DNA of 64,000 nucleotides from Deltaproteobacteria bacterium HGW-Deltaproteobacteria-2 (GCA_002840505.1 PHBC01000001.1:703738-767737), one strand, 5' to 3'; shown: positions 1 through 10,841, numbered from the stretch's first letter. Notes: a model not told the origin generated them from the letters alone. A program made the numbers and translations.

Positions 1-1523
1 ATAAAAAAAGCACAGATAAAGAAAACGCCAGCCCCTATAATAATGGAAGTCGTAAGATACAGTAATCTTATTCTAAATGCGGCATAAGTATTCCAGGGAT
101 TTAGTAAATCAAAAAGATAGATCGCCACCAGCATAACAAGAGCGGATATTATAATTTTAAAAATTGATACAAAAAAAGAGCGGTCGAGATATGTCCCAAT
201 TTTTCTTTTTAAGACAAAAGCCAGAACAAGGACATTGACCGAAGCTGCAATTGAACCAGCCAGAGCAATACCATTATGTTTTAAAGGATACATCAAGGCA
301 AGGGCAGCCAGTACATTCACTATCAATGTAACAATGGCAGCTTTAAGTGGCCATTTGGAATCCTGAAGGGAATAGAAAGAAGAAACAAATACGCGGATGG
401 TTGCAAAAGCCCAAAGACCAAGCGCGTAACATAATAAAGCCTGACTTGTATAAACGGCGGCTCTAGTATCAAAAGCGCCCCGTTGAAACAATACGGAAAT
501 AATCGGCAGGTTCAGAGCCATTAAAGCAACCATGGCCGGAATGGTTAAAAAAAGCATCAGGCGCAGGGAAAAAGAAATGCTCGATTTTAATTCATCAATT
601 TTACCGGCAGCAACATGATTGGAAAAACTGGGCAAAGCCGCCGTTCCGATGGCAATGGCAAATACTCCCAGTGGTAATTCCATAATTCTGTCGGCATAAA
701 AAAGATAGGTTACCGAACCGCCCGGAAGCAGTGAAGCCAAAACAGTCCCAACAACAACATTGATAGTAGTCACACCGGCACCCAAGATGGCCGGAATCAT
801 TAACAGGCCTATCTGTTTAATTCCAGGATGGTGCAGGTTCACTATAAGTTTCAGTTTGAAACCGAAATTCTTCAAAAAAGGCCACTGCAAGGCCAGTTGC
901 AGAAGACCTCCAATCAGGACTCCAACTGCCAGAGCTGTAATAGGTTCGGCAAAAAATGGACGCAAAGTAAATGCCGCCGCAATCATGGCAATGTTTAACA
1001 TTACCGGAGAGAGCGCAGGTGCTGCAAAATGTCTGAATGAATTTAAAATACCCATGCATAAAGCGACAAGCGCAACAAAAAATATATAAGGAAACATCAG
1101 ACGGTTCAAAAAAACAGCCAGTGAAAACTTCTGAGGATCGGAAATGAAACCGGGAGCGATTATTCCGACAATCAGAGGAGAGAAGAGAATGCCCAACATC
1201 GATACAACGACTAAAATTATGGAAAGGATGGTAAAAGTGTTATTAGCCAGTTCGAAGGCTTCTTCTTTTGTTTTTTTCTGGAGGTATTCGGTAAAAACAG
1301 GAACAAAGGAAATGGTTAGAGATCCTTCACCCAGCAGACGTCTGAGCATGTTCGGAATTCGAAAAGCCACCCAGAACGCGTCAGTCATCCAATTAGCGCC
1401 AAAAAAAGCGGCGATAACAATATCTCTCAGCATTCCAGAAATACGGCTGACCATCGTTGCCGCACCCACAACTCCGGCAGCTTTGGCGACTTTTGCGTTT
1501 TCCGAATTTTTTGTTTTTTCCAT
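1..1523 (-). CDS. murJ: lipid II flippase MurJ/MviN, C-terminus cut by window edge
   Basis: Absent from the ORF track because it runs off the edge. My reverse-strand translation from the ATG at comp. 1523 reads MEKTKNSENAKVAKAAGVVGAATMVSRISGMLRDIVIAAFFGANWMTDAFWVAFRIPNMLRRLLGEGSLTISFVPVF..., a canonical MurJ N-terminus, and the frame stays open to position 3. Confidence 0.85.
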   Translation of the reverse strand, partial: MEKTKNSENAKVAKAAGVVGAATMVSRISGMLRDIVIAAFFGANWMTDAFWVAFRIPNMLRRLLGEGSLTISFVPVFTEYLQKKTKEEAFELANNTFTILSIILVVVSMLGILFSPLIVGIIAPGFISDPQKFSLAVFLNRLMFPYIFFVALVALCMGILNSFRHFAAPALSPVMLNIAMIAAAFTLRPFFAEPITALAVGVLIGGLLQLALQWPFLKNFGFKLKLIVNLHHPGIKQIGLLMIPAILGAGVTTINVVVGTVLASLLPGGSVTYLFYADRIMELPLGVFAIAIGTAALPSFSNHVAAGKIDELKSSISFSLRLMLFLTIPAMVALMALNLPIISVLFQRGAFDTRAAVYTSQALLCYALGLWAFATIRVFVSSFYSLQDSKWPLKAAIVTLIVNVLAALALMYPLKHNGIALAGSIAASVNVLVLAFVLKRKIGTYLDRSFFVSIFKIIISALVMLVAIYLFDLLNPWNTYAAFRIRLLYLTTSIIIGAGVFFICAFF

Positions 1524-1590
1524 AATGAGTTAGCTTAATATAACATGTTGCCCTTATAGCACTATAAGGAATGAATTACGACGTGATAAT

Positions 1591-1908
1591 CTAATTGGTT
1601 TTGCAGAAATTATTTATTTTCGTTTCCAATTCCACCTTGCTTATATCTTTAACCATAATTGTTTTTTTTCGTGATTTCGCGCCGGAAGCTATTTCCATCT
1701 GACTTCTCTTTAGTCCCAGTTCTTTGGCTAATAATTTTATGCAAGCCTCGTTGGCCGCTCCTTCTACAGGTGGCACGGTAACCTTGACTTTTAAAGCACC
1801 TTCCTGCACGCCCACTATTTCTACACGGGAAGCGTGAGGGATTACGTGAATATCAAAAGTCAGGCCTTTTTTTGACTCTCTCAAAAAAACCATATCAGTC
1901 AAAGGCAT
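1591..1908 (-). CDS. DUF167/YggU family protein
   Basis: 105-aa ORF (FDIHVIPHASRVEIVG...LKVKVTVPPVEGAANEA). It lies immediately downstream of yggT, the usual yggT-yggU pairing. Confidence 0.7.
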   Translation of the reverse strand: MPLTDMVFLRESKKGLTFDIHVIPHASRVEIVGVQEGALKVKVTVPPVEGAANEACIKLLAKELGLKRSQMEIASGAKSRKKTIMVKDISKVELETKINNFCKTN

Positions 1909-1925
1909 TTTCCTTTCTCAAAGAA

Positions 1926-2222
1926 TTAGAGATGACTGGCCAGCTGAATAATAGTTTCCACAAGAAAATATTTTAAAAAGACAATCGCCAGGATAACTAT
2001 AATAGGTGAAATATCGATCCCTACATTGCGCATAGGCAATTTTCTGCGAATAGGTTGCAGAACCGGTTCGGTAACACGATACAAAAAGACCACGATCTGA
2101 TTATAGGGATCAGGATTAACCCATGATATCACGGCACGGAAAATAATAATCCACATGTAAAGGGTTAGAACAATATCAACGACTTTCGCCAGCGCAATAA
2201 TTAAATTACTTAAAGCAAACAT
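1926..2222 (-). CDS. yggT: YggT family integral membrane protein
   Basis: Start trimmed to the ATG at comp. 2222 (MFALSNLIIALAKVVDIVLTLYMWIIIFRAVISWVNPDPYN...). The longer track ORF would overlap the upstream hydrolase gene. Confidence 0.75.
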   Translation of the reverse strand: MFALSNLIIALAKVVDIVLTLYMWIIIFRAVISWVNPDPYNQIVVFLYRVTEPVLQPIRRKLPMRNVGIDISPIIVILAIVFLKYFLVETIIQLASHL

Positions 2223-2247
2223 TAAAACCTCTCTAATCGATTGGTGT

Positions 2248-3057
2248 TCAGTCTTTTCTGTTAACTGACGCTGAAATTGATGCAGCGAATTTATCCAGAG
2301 ACATATTAAAATCGTCCGGTCTTTCCAACATGACCATGTGACCGGCGCCATCAACTATTGCCAGCCTTGCTCCATTAATGTTTGCGGCAAGTTGACGGGA
2401 AAAATCCGGAGGTGTCATTTTATCTTCTGCTCCACAGATGATAAAAGCAGGTACGTTGATTTTACATATTTCTTCAGTCAAGTCCAAGTTATTGCACGCC
2501 ACAAGATCTCCATATAAAATATCAACTTTTGATTGGGCAATGCTTCTTCGCAGCGGATCGGATAATTTGGCGCGGTTTTCCTTAGCCAGTGAAAATTTGC
2601 ACATTAAGTCTATTATTTCTGTCGGCATTTCTGCCGGATTTGTTTTTAAAAATTCTAACATAAAAGGATTAACCGGCATTTTTATGCCGCCGCCGAGGCA
2701 GACAATGCCCGCGATTTTTTCCGGATAATCGACGGCAAATTGAAGGGCGATGGCCGCGCCCAGAGAATGCCCCACAAGGATCGGCTCATTTAGTGCGAGA
2801 GTATCCAGCAGTTTATTGACCCAGACGCAATAGTCTTTCACATGGCTTTCGCCCTTCCCTTCCGAGCGGCCGTGGCCGGGAAGATCGATCATCGCCACAT
2901 TATATTTTTCTTTGAGCTGCGCGTACTGATTCAACCAGCCGGTGTGGTCGCCGCCGGAACCGTGGATGAAAACCAGACTTTTTTTAGACGTGTCGGATTC
3001 ATTTTTGCCCATCAGGCAGGCAATTTTCACGGAATCAATCTCAAAATATTTCAACAT
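2248..3057 (-). CDS. alpha/beta-fold hydrolase
   Basis: HGSGG oxyanion motif, GHSLG nucleophile elbow, C-terminal GAGHMVMLE. Start trimmed to MLKYFEIDS (ATG at comp. 3057). Confidence 0.8.
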   Translation of the reverse strand: MLKYFEIDSVKIACLMGKNESDTSKKSLVFIHGSGGDHTGWLNQYAQLKEKYNVAMIDLPGHGRSEGKGESHVKDYCVWVNKLLDTLALNEPILVGHSLGAAIALQFAVDYPEKIAGIVCLGGGIKMPVNPFMLEFLKTNPAEMPTEIIDLMCKFSLAKENRAKLSDPLRRSIAQSKVDILYGDLVACNNLDLTEEICKINVPAFIICGAEDKMTPPDFSRQLAANINGARLAIVDGAGHMVMLERPDDFNMSLDKFAASISASVNRKD

Positions 3058-3575
3058 TATTTTCTCCCGAAAGTTAATCCCGACAATCCATCCAACATTA
3101 AGAAATTGATTGATTCGGAATAATACCAAGTCAGTTTTTCATTATTCATATGCTAATGTTCGAAAGCAACTTACTGTAACTATCACAAAAGCAAAATCTA
3201 ATGCAATGAAAGAAAAGAACCCCGAAAATTGTACAAGAACCATCCATTCGGAAGTAAATAAAATTTAATTGAACTCTAACAAAATATGTAGTAGTCGCTA
3301 TCAAAATAGTGACAGCTGTATGCCGATCGCTACTTTAACAAATATCCAAAACATTTTTTTGATGAAGCAATGGCTTCATATCAATGACCTGCGCCCAATT
3401 AAAGTGCCGGCTTCATTTGGGACAGCCAGTTCAATTTGATCCCTCTTGAAAGAGAGGAGCGTCCAAAAGATAGGCGAAAACCTGTGCAAAACACTGATGC
3501 TGATAAGTTTTATAAACATAAATTATCATACCAATTAAATTGATTAACTTTACAAAGAAATAGCATACAAAGATC

Positions 3576-5093
3576 ATGGAAATAAAAAAAGGGGCATTTA
3601 ATAATCGTCCCAACATTACAACGGCCGGCCTGCTCATCTTGATTGTTGGATTAAGCATATTTCTTCGTTTTTATGAGATCGGAAAACTTTCGTTTTGGTT
3701 GGACGAAATTCTGACGGCTTCCTGCGCGAGGGGAAGCATTTCCAATCTTATCCAGACAGTAAAAAATGATGCCAACATGAGTTTATATTTTTTATTAGTT
3801 TTTCTGGAAAACCAGATATTCCCGAATGTGTCAGATGGAATGCAAAGATCACTTTCCGCTGTTTTTTCCGTCGCCAGCATTCCTGTTGTCTTTTTATTAG
3901 GGAAAAATTTAGAGGCAGACGCAAAAAAAGGTTCTGTAATTGGTTTGGTTGCTGCTTTTCTGATAGCCGTTAACGCTTACCACATCGAGTACGCTCAGGA
4001 ATTTCGTTCTTACAGCCTGACTTTTTTATTAACCGCATCGTCTACTCTCCTGCTGATTAAAATTCTCGAAAATGAAGATACTAAAACCATCTGGTTGATT
4101 CTTTATACGGTTATTTCCGCCGCGTCCTTTTACAGTCATTTACACGCCTTGTTTATTATTGTCGCCCAGGCAGTAACACTTCCCCTGTTATTAGTTGATA
4201 AAAAAAAATACGGCCTCAAATTAAAGCAAATTCTGTACTGCTTAATCGGCATTATATTGTTGATTTTGCCCATTGCTTTGATCGCCATAAATAAAGGGCC
4301 GGGACCTATTAACTGGATTTGGAAGCCGGCATTTGTCGATGTCTTATATTTATATCTCAACATATCAGGTTATCATGGCCTTTCCCTTCTAATCCTTTAT
4401 ATTGCTTTTGGCTGTTTCGGTATTTTAGCCGGCACAAGATATCCGTCCCGGCGGGACCTGTTGACCAGATGGAAGTATTCTCTTTTAGTTAGCTGTCTTT
4501 TATTGCCTGTCATATTGACATTCATTATTTCAAATATTATTGTCCCTATCTTTATAGATCGGTATTTACTTTATACTATGCCCTATCTCGTATTGTTGGC
4601 GGTTTCCGGTATCATAGCTTTGGCGAATTTAGCCGGCAAAGACGGGAAACATTCTTTTTCATTTATTTCAATTGTAATGATTACGGTGGCTCTTTTTTCT
4701 GTCTTTGCAGGTCTGGGTGTTAAGAACTATTATAAAAATCATCAGAAGGAAGATTGGAGAAATGCAACTGAATTTCTTTCAACAAAATGTTCCAAAAGCC
4801 TTCGTGTTTATTATCCTAACTTCATAAAAAAATGCGTCCTATATTACAACCCAACGCTCATGCCTGTGGAAAATAAAAAATTGACAAACTATCTGCAGCA
4901 GGAATCTGTCCCCGGAAAATCCATCTTTTCTGTATCAAACGGATATGATCAGGCATGTTTAGTTTTAAGCCATGCCGAAATCGGGGAAAGGGCCGTAGAA
5001 GCGGATAATATCAGGGCTGCCCTTCAGAGTAAATATCCTAATTTTTCTCTTGAAGAGTTTGCCGGCGTAATAATTGAAATTTATCAAAAGTAG
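3576..5093 (+). CDS. polytopic membrane glycosyltransferase, GT-C / family 39 (ArnT/PMT-like)
   Basis: 505 aa with about 10 hydrophobic segments. N-terminal FWLDE acidic motif after TM1 as in ArnT/PMT_2 enzymes, plus a soluble C-terminal domain. Confidence 0.6.
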   Translation: MEIKKGAFNNRPNITTAGLLILIVGLSIFLRFYEIGKLSFWLDEILTASCARGSISNLIQTVKNDANMSLYFLLVFLENQIFPNVSDGMQRSLSAVFSVASIPVVFLLGKNLEADAKKGSVIGLVAAFLIAVNAYHIEYAQEFRSYSLTFLLTASSTLLLIKILENEDTKTIWLILYTVISAASFYSHLHALFIIVAQAVTLPLLLVDKKKYGLKLKQILYCLIGIILLILPIALIAINKGPGPINWIWKPAFVDVLYLYLNISGYHGLSLLILYIAFGCFGILAGTRYPSRRDLLTRWKYSLLVSCLLLPVILTFIISNIIVPIFIDRYLLYTMPYLVLLAVSGIIALANLAGKDGKHSFSFISIVMITVALFSVFAGLGVKNYYKNHQKEDWRNATEFLSTKCSKSLRVYYPNFIKKCVLYYNPTLMPVENKKLTNYLQQESVPGKSIFSVSNGYDQACLVLSHAEIGERAVEADNIRAALQSKYPNFSLEEFAGVIIEIYQK

Positions 5094-5369
5094 GTCAATA
5101 ATCCTGAAGGTTTCACTCTGAACCTTTTGCAAACAATCCGCAGTTTCCCCATTTTTAATTTTATGGTATTTTACAATGTGAAAGCTTCAAGTCATTTTTG
5201 CCGCTGCGGCGGCAAAACTCACCGATAGTTTGCTGATTAAGAAAACAATATGAACGACAAACTGCTTCTAGTGTTTTAATAAAGAATCCTCATGTTTTAA
5301 TATTGACAGCAGGCATCAACCTGTGATTTTCTTACAACGATGCGATCACAACGACAGGGAGGTTTGTTC

Positions 5370-6188
5370 ATGCTTAAAGATAAAAAGATAGCCGTTATTG
5401 GCGGCGGGAAAATGGGAAGTATCATTGCCGAAGGTTTAATTGCGCATAAAATTGTTCCTGCTAAAAACATCATCGTTACAGACATTGACGCCGCAAGGCT
5501 TAAAATACTTCGTTCTTCTTTAAAATTAAAAGTTTCTCATGATAATGAAAAATCCGTCAAAGATGCGGATATAATAATACTTGCCGTTAAACCGCAAAAT
5601 ATGGCCGCAACACTCCAGGGAATAAGCCCCGCTGTTAATAAATCAAAAATAGTGATTTCCATTGCTGCAGGAATCACGACAAATTTTATTGAAAAATTCT
5701 TCACCAAAGGAGTTCGAGTTATAAGAGTAATGCCTAATACACCGGCGCTTATCGGCGAGGGAGCGGCAGCAGTAGCCAAAGGAAGCTGTGCTAAGAAAAG
5801 CGATGTCAAATTGGCGCATACTATTTTCAATGCCGTCGGTATCAGCGTTGAAGTCGAGGAAGCTCTTATAGATGCGGTAACCGGCCTGAGCGGCAGTGGT
5901 CCAGCTTATTGTTTTTTGATAATTGAAGCGCTTATCGACGCCGGAGAACAAATGGGTCTGCCGCGGGATTTAGCGACAAAACTTACCATGCAAACCATGC
6001 TGGGAGCCGCCCGCCTCTGTATCCACAGCGATAAACAACCGGCGCAATTAAGGGAGATGGTTACATCGCCCGGAGGTACTACAGTTGCCGGCCTCAAAGC
6101 GCTGGAAGAAGGGAACATCCGGTCAACAATTATTTCCGCCGTCAAAGCAGCGACAAAAAGATCTAAAGAATTAGCCGGCGGCAAATAA
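5370..6188 (+). CDS. proC: pyrroline-5-carboxylate reductase
   Basis: MLKDKKIAVIGGGKMGSII Rossmann motif and SPGGTT motif near the C-terminus. GGGAGG SD sits 7 nt upstream of the ATG at 5370. Confidence 0.9.
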   Translation: MLKDKKIAVIGGGKMGSIIAEGLIAHKIVPAKNIIVTDIDAARLKILRSSLKLKVSHDNEKSVKDADIIILAVKPQNMAATLQGISPAVNKSKIVISIAAGITTNFIEKFFTKGVRVIRVMPNTPALIGEGAAAVAKGSCAKKSDVKLAHTIFNAVGISVEVEEALIDAVTGLSGSGPAYCFLIIEALIDAGEQMGLPRDLATKLTMQTMLGAARLCIHSDKQPAQLREMVTSPGGTTVAGLKALEEGNIRSTIISAVKAATKRSKELAGGK

Positions 6189-6203
6189 TGGTGATTTTAT
6201 CTC

Positions 6204-8051
6204 CTACTCTTCATCTTTTCTGTTTGTTTCTGTTTCACTAATATGATCTTCCTGCTCATCCTCTTTTGAAGTAACAATAATTTCTTCAGGCTTAGCCGGT
6301 TCAATAATAAAAGGACTGGATTTCGCCGGAATATTGTCCGCTGCCGGTAATGTATCTTCCTCGTGAACTTCCCGAACAATCGCAGATGCGCCATTCATTA
6401 CCGGAGAGGTTCCCGTTGACGCTTCCGTCGGTTTTCTCTTCTTATGCCGTGGTCTCCGGCGGTTTTTCTTTTTAGTATGTTTCTCGCCGTTTGCCGAAGC
6501 TTTTTCCTCAACGTTCGATCTCGAAACTTCTTGAACTTCGGCATCCTTTGTTTCTTCCGGAAGGTCCTGATCATCAACATGCTCTCTGGCTATTTGCCTT
6601 ATTTCCACCTTATCCCAGGGTATTTCCGCACTACCGGCAATATTCAAAGCAATATCGAACTCCGATTCCAAATCCAGCAGTTCGCTTCTTTTACGGTTGA
6701 GAATGTAATCGGCAATTTCGTGGGGCAAGATTATTTTCAATTCGGAACAAATTCCCTTGACGGCTTCCGATTCAATCTTACGAAACGCCCCCAACGCAGC
6801 GGCTTCCAGAGATTGACGTAAACCGCTGCCTTTACAGAAAGGACATTTCGTGTAACTGATTTCCTGAATTGTCGACTGCTTCTTTTGCCTTGATAATTCG
6901 AGTATCCCGAATTTAGATATACGTGAGAGCTGGATTCTCGCTTTATCTATACTAAGTGCTGTTTTAAAAGATTTTTCCACCTCGGCAATATGTTTTTTGT
7001 CCATCATGTCAATAAAATCGATAACAATCAATCCGCCTAAGTCCCGTAACCGCAGTTGCCTGGCAATCTCCTCGCTGGCTTCAATGTTTGTTTTAAAGGC
7101 TGTCTCTTCAATATTTTTCTTATTGGAAGCGCGCCCGGAATTAACATCTATCGTAATCATAGCTTCTGTAGGATTGATAACAATGTGTCCACCGGATTTA
7201 AGGTCTACGCGTTCCTGATAAATAACGCGTATTTGATCTTCCAAATGATAATTGTCAAAAAGAGGTGTTTTTTCTTTGTAATGTTTGAGTATTCTTATAT
7301 AACGTGGAGAAATAGCCCTCAAATAAGCTCGCATTTTGCGGAAAGTTTCCAGATCATCAACAAGAATTTCATCAATTTCCGACGTAAGGTAATCGCGCAA
7401 ACTGCGTACGCCGAAATCTGTTTCCTGGTAAATCATGGAAGTTTTACTAAGACTGCTTGCTTTTTTATTGATTTCTTTCCAGAGACGCACGAGATGTTGA
7501 TAGTCACGGGCAATCTCCTGCTTTGTCCGGTTGAATCCCGCCGTTCTGACAATAAATCCCATGCTCTCAGGGATTTTAATTTGTTTCATTATATTTTTTA
7601 TTTTCTGCCGGTCTTCTTCATCTTCAACTTTGCGGGAAATTCCACTGCCGGGTTTGTTGGGAAGTAAAACCAGATATCTGCCGGGAAGAGAAACATAAGA
7701 GGTAAGAAGAGCTCCTTTGTTGCCAATCGCTTCTCTAACAGCCTGTACTATTATTTCCTGCCCAGCCTTCAGAACAGGCCGACTATGGTCCTGGCCGTTT
7801 TCCTGTTCGGTTAAATTCTCGGGGCTGACATCTTTTAGAGGAAGGAACCCATCTTTAGAGCCTCCGTAATCAACGAAAGCCGCCTGAAGGCCGCGTTCAA
7901 CTTTAAGAACTATACCTTTATAAATGTTGCCGGTAATCGGTTCTCTCGTCGGCATTTCAATGTTGAAATCAACTAAAATGCCTTTTTCGTTAACCGTAGC
8001 CATCCGCATCTGTTCTTTGTGAACAGCGTTAACTAGCATAATGTGCTTCAT
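6204..8051 (-). CDS. Rne/Rng family ribonuclease (RNase E/G) with basic/acidic C-terminal tail
   Basis: MKHIMLVNA...GNIYKGIVLKVERGLQAAFVDYGG S1 domain and IVIDFIDM catalytic core. The Lys/Arg/Glu-rich C-terminal ~130 aa are RNase E-like. Start trimmed to comp. 8051. Confidence 0.85.
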   Translation of the reverse strand: MKHIMLVNAVHKEQMRMATVNEKGILVDFNIEMPTREPITGNIYKGIVLKVERGLQAAFVDYGGSKDGFLPLKDVSPENLTEQENGQDHSRPVLKAGQEIIVQAVREAIGNKGALLTSYVSLPGRYLVLLPNKPGSGISRKVEDEEDRQKIKNIMKQIKIPESMGFIVRTAGFNRTKQEIARDYQHLVRLWKEINKKASSLSKTSMIYQETDFGVRSLRDYLTSEIDEILVDDLETFRKMRAYLRAISPRYIRILKHYKEKTPLFDNYHLEDQIRVIYQERVDLKSGGHIVINPTEAMITIDVNSGRASNKKNIEETAFKTNIEASEEIARQLRLRDLGGLIVIDFIDMMDKKHIAEVEKSFKTALSIDKARIQLSRISKFGILELSRQKKQSTIQEISYTKCPFCKGSGLRQSLEAAALGAFRKIESEAVKGICSELKIILPHEIADYILNRKRSELLDLESEFDIALNIAGSAEIPWDKVEIRQIAREHVDDQDLPEETKDAEVQEVSRSNVEEKASANGEKHTKKKNRRRPRHKKRKPTEASTGTSPVMNGASAIVREVHEEDTLPAADNIPAKSSPFIIEPAKPEEIIVTSKEDEQEDHISETETNRKDEE

Positions 8052-8148
8052 AAATGTCCTTTTTGGCCGGCTGATATTTCTGCATGTGTACACGCTCCAA
8101 TAGACTTTTTAAGTGTCTATTTATAAAATACCGCTCAACCTGTTATAT

Positions 8149-8757
8149 TTATAGAAAGGCGCTTATATCGCCTTTTCCTATTCTTATAATTTCTATGTTG
8201 TCATCAACCAAACTGATGACGCTTGATGGTTGCGGCATAATAATACCACCATCAATAATTAAGTCAACCACACGGCCGAAGTATTCTTTGATCACAGAGG
8301 GATCGCCAAGTGTTTCGCCCTGTTCTGTTTTTACACTGGTGCTGATTATCGGCTGACCGAGTTCTTTGACCAGCGAAAGACAAATCTGATTGTCCGGAAC
8401 CCTTATACCCGTTGTTGACCGTTTCGGCAAAATAATTTTTGGCACCAGACGCGATGCTTCCAGAATAAAAGTATAAGCCCCCGGTAAAAGTCTTTTCATG
8501 GTTTTATAGGCGTAATCGGTAACTTTGGCGTATTCGCTTATGTGTTTCAGATCGGAGCAGACAAAACTCAGGGGTTGTTTCCTGTTTCTTTTTTTTAATT
8601 CGTATATTTTTTCAATACCTTTTTTATTCGATAAATCACAGCCCAGCCCATAGACCGTATCGGTAGGATAGATTATTATCCCTCCGTCACGCAGAATATC
8701 CACGGCTTTTTTAATAAGCCGCATTTGCGGATTCTGACTGTTAATAGAAAACAGCAT
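8149..8757 (-). CDS. tsaC: L-threonylcarbamoyladenylate synthase (YrdC/TsaC family)
   Basis: 202 aa with GGIIIYPTDTVYGLGCD and the YrdC-domain signature. Confidence 0.8.
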   Translation of the reverse strand: MLFSINSQNPQMRLIKKAVDILRDGGIIIYPTDTVYGLGCDLSNKKGIEKIYELKKRNRKQPLSFVCSDLKHISEYAKVTDYAYKTMKRLLPGAYTFILEASRLVPKIILPKRSTTGIRVPDNQICLSLVKELGQPIISTSVKTEQGETLGDPSVIKEYFGRVVDLIIDGGIIMPQPSSVISLVDDNIEIIRIGKGDISAFL

Positions 8758-8894
8758 ATTCTAACTTTCCGTGAATTTCTCAACTTTTACGAAGGACATA
8801 TATCAAGAAACAGACACTTTCGCAACGAAGCTTTGAAATGAAAAGGATTTAACCATCACAGCCAATGAGTCTGTGTAGCAATTACTTTTCCTGT

Positions 8895-9020
8895 CATTAG
8901 GTGCGTGTCCCCCGCTGGCGGGGGATTAAGGGGGTGGATGTGTTAATGTGTCGTTTTTTTACAAGTTATATGTCCACCTCTGTCCCGATTCCTCATCGGG
9001 ACACCTCCGCCAACGGAGGA
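8895..9020. repeat. cluster of GC-rich palindromic intergenic modules (REP-like)
   Basis: Hairpins TCCCCCG-N4-CGGGGGA (8908-8925), GTCCCGAT-N5-ATCGGGAC (8982-9002) and CCTCCG-N4-CGGAGG (9004-9019), plus TTTTTACAAG (8956-8965). The CCCGAT...ATCGGG and TTTTTACRAAG modules recur at 18.5, 24.2 and 27.7 kb. Confidence 0.45.
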
Positions 9021-9030
9021 TACTGTGGTA

Positions 9031-10614
9031 TTATTTAATGTTGAGATTTTTCTCCTTACTCAGTTTATACTCAATACTGTCTACAAGAGCCTGCCAGCTG
9101 GCCTCAATAATATTTTCAGAAACACCGATGGTGCTCCAAAACTCTTCGCCGTCGGTCGAATCCAGAAGCACCCTGACTCCCGCGGCTGTTCCTTCCGAAC
9201 CTTCCAGTGTGCGGACTTTGAAATCTACCAGATGCATATCCTTGATTTGCGGATAAAATTTAGTAAGCGCTTTACGCAGGGCATGATCCAGAGCATTCAC
9301 CGGACCGTTTCCTTCGGCAGCGGTTAATTCTTCTTCGCCTGCAACAGATATTTTAATTGTTGCCTGAGAAAGGCACGGATTGTTCTCCGTGCGTGAAGTA
9401 ATAACACTGAAACATTCCAGATTAAAGGGTTCGATAAATTCACCAATAGTTTTTTTGATCAGCAAAGAAAGCGACCCGTCGGCGGCATCAAACTGAAATC
9501 CGCGGTCTTCCATAAGTTTTACTTCATGCACTATCTTTTTGCTAAGGGCGTCATCTTTAGAAATGTCAATGCCCAATTCCTTGGCTTTATATTCAACATT
9601 GCTTTTGCCCGCCAGATCGGAAACTAAAACGCGCCGGTGATTGCCGACAAGTTCCGGTTCAATATGCTCATAGGCGATGGAGTTTTTGACTACAGCACTG
9701 ACATGGACTCCCCCCTTATGCGCGAACGCGCTTCGTCCGACAAACGGCCGCGAATTAAGCGGCGGAACGTTGGCAACATCACTTACATAATGAGAAAGGC
9801 TGGTGAGCTGTTTGATTGATTCAGGCGGCAGACAATTTTTACCCAATTTCAATTGTAAATTGGCAATTAGCGTTATCAAATCGGCGTTGCCACATCTTTC
9901 ACCATAACCGTTGATCGTTCCCTGAACCATGGCTACCCCTTCCTGCACTGCGGCAATGGAATTCGCCACAGCAAGTCCGCCGTCATTGTGCGTGTGGATT
10001 GCGGCAGAAGTTAAGGGGAGGGAAGAAGAAATTTTTTTCACGATGGTACAAATTTCATGAGGGAGAGAACCACCGTTGGTATCGCAAAGAACAATAAAAT
10101 CCGCTCCGGCGGCCAGTGCCGTTTTCACAACTTTGGTTGTGTAGCGGGGATTATTTTTATAACCGTCGAAAAAATGTTCGGCATCAAAAAAAACTTCCTT
10201 ACCCATTGATTTCAGATACTCAATAGAATCGGCAATCATCGCCAGGTTTTCATTCAGGTCGGTTTTAAGAATTTCAGTAACGTGCAAATCCCACGATTTC
10301 CCGACAATAGCAGCGGCAGGAGTGCCTGCTTTCACCAAAGCTTTTAAATTCGGACACGACTCCGTTTTGGTATGCGCACGGCGCGTACTGCCGAACGCGG
10401 TCAGACGCGAATTTTTAAAATTAACGGCTTTGGCCATTTCGAAAAAACGCATATCTTTGGGATTGGAACCGGGCCAACCGCCTTCAATGTAGTGAAAATG
10501 AACATCATCAAGGCGCTGGGCAATGCGTAATTTTTCCTCTGCCGAAAAATTTGTCTGCTCTCCCTGTGTACCATCTCGTAAAGTTGTGTCATAAATCAGT
10601 ACTTTGTTTTTCAT
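9031..10614 (-). CDS. cimA: (R)-citramalate synthase (LeuA/CimA family, long form with C-terminal regulatory domain)
   Basis: MKNKVLIYDTTLRDGTQGEQTNFSAEEKLRIAQRLDDVHFHYIEGGWPGSNPKD matches the CimA-type subgroup. Start trimmed to the ATG at comp. 10614. Confidence 0.8.
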   Translation of the reverse strand: MKNKVLIYDTTLRDGTQGEQTNFSAEEKLRIAQRLDDVHFHYIEGGWPGSNPKDMRFFEMAKAVNFKNSRLTAFGSTRRAHTKTESCPNLKALVKAGTPAAAIVGKSWDLHVTEILKTDLNENLAMIADSIEYLKSMGKEVFFDAEHFFDGYKNNPRYTTKVVKTALAAGADFIVLCDTNGGSLPHEICTIVKKISSSLPLTSAAIHTHNDGGLAVANSIAAVQEGVAMVQGTINGYGERCGNADLITLIANLQLKLGKNCLPPESIKQLTSLSHYVSDVANVPPLNSRPFVGRSAFAHKGGVHVSAVVKNSIAYEHIEPELVGNHRRVLVSDLAGKSNVEYKAKELGIDISKDDALSKKIVHEVKLMEDRGFQFDAADGSLSLLIKKTIGEFIEPFNLECFSVITSRTENNPCLSQATIKISVAGEEELTAAEGNGPVNALDHALRKALTKFYPQIKDMHLVDFKVRTLEGSEGTAAGVRVLLDSTDGEEFWSTIGVSENIIEASWQALVDSIEYKLSKEKNLNIK

Positions 10615-10777
10615 TTTCCTCTCTCCTTCAAAACCACCGCTTTGCGGAATTGTTCCCAATAGCCTATGACTATTTGGATAATTCGACTAACGCTTAAAAC
10701 TTCACTAAGTTCGTTTTAAGCTTGTCTCATTATGATTAGCCAATTTCAGTGCTCTACGCTTCTGAAATTGGGATCTC

Positions 10778-10815
10778 ATAAAAAATCCGCTGCCGGGCTT
10801 GCCTGGCAGCGGATT
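10778..10815 (-). terminator. intrinsic terminator inside the cimA 5' leader (attenuator candidate)
   Basis: The minus strand reads AATCCGCTGCC-AGGCAAGCCC-GGCAGCGGATT followed by TTTTTTAT. No gene lies upstream on this strand, so it sits in the leader. Confidence 0.6.
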
Positions 10816-10841
10816 AAATTTTTGTTTATTTAGAGTTGATA

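Noticed and set aside
760-1533. Track ORFs 760-1089(+), 817-1059(-) and 1144-1533(+) as possible genes
   Set aside because: They lie inside, and out of frame with or antisense to, an uninterrupted minus-strand frame whose translation is an unmistakable MurJ. Their own translations are low-complexity and have no motifs.
5196-5217. Perfect 9-bp stem TTTTGCCGC-TGCG-GCGGCAAAA between the glycosyltransferase gene and proC, considered as a terminator
   Set aside because: There is no downstream U-tract on either strand. It may be a structural element, but it cannot be called an intrinsic terminator.
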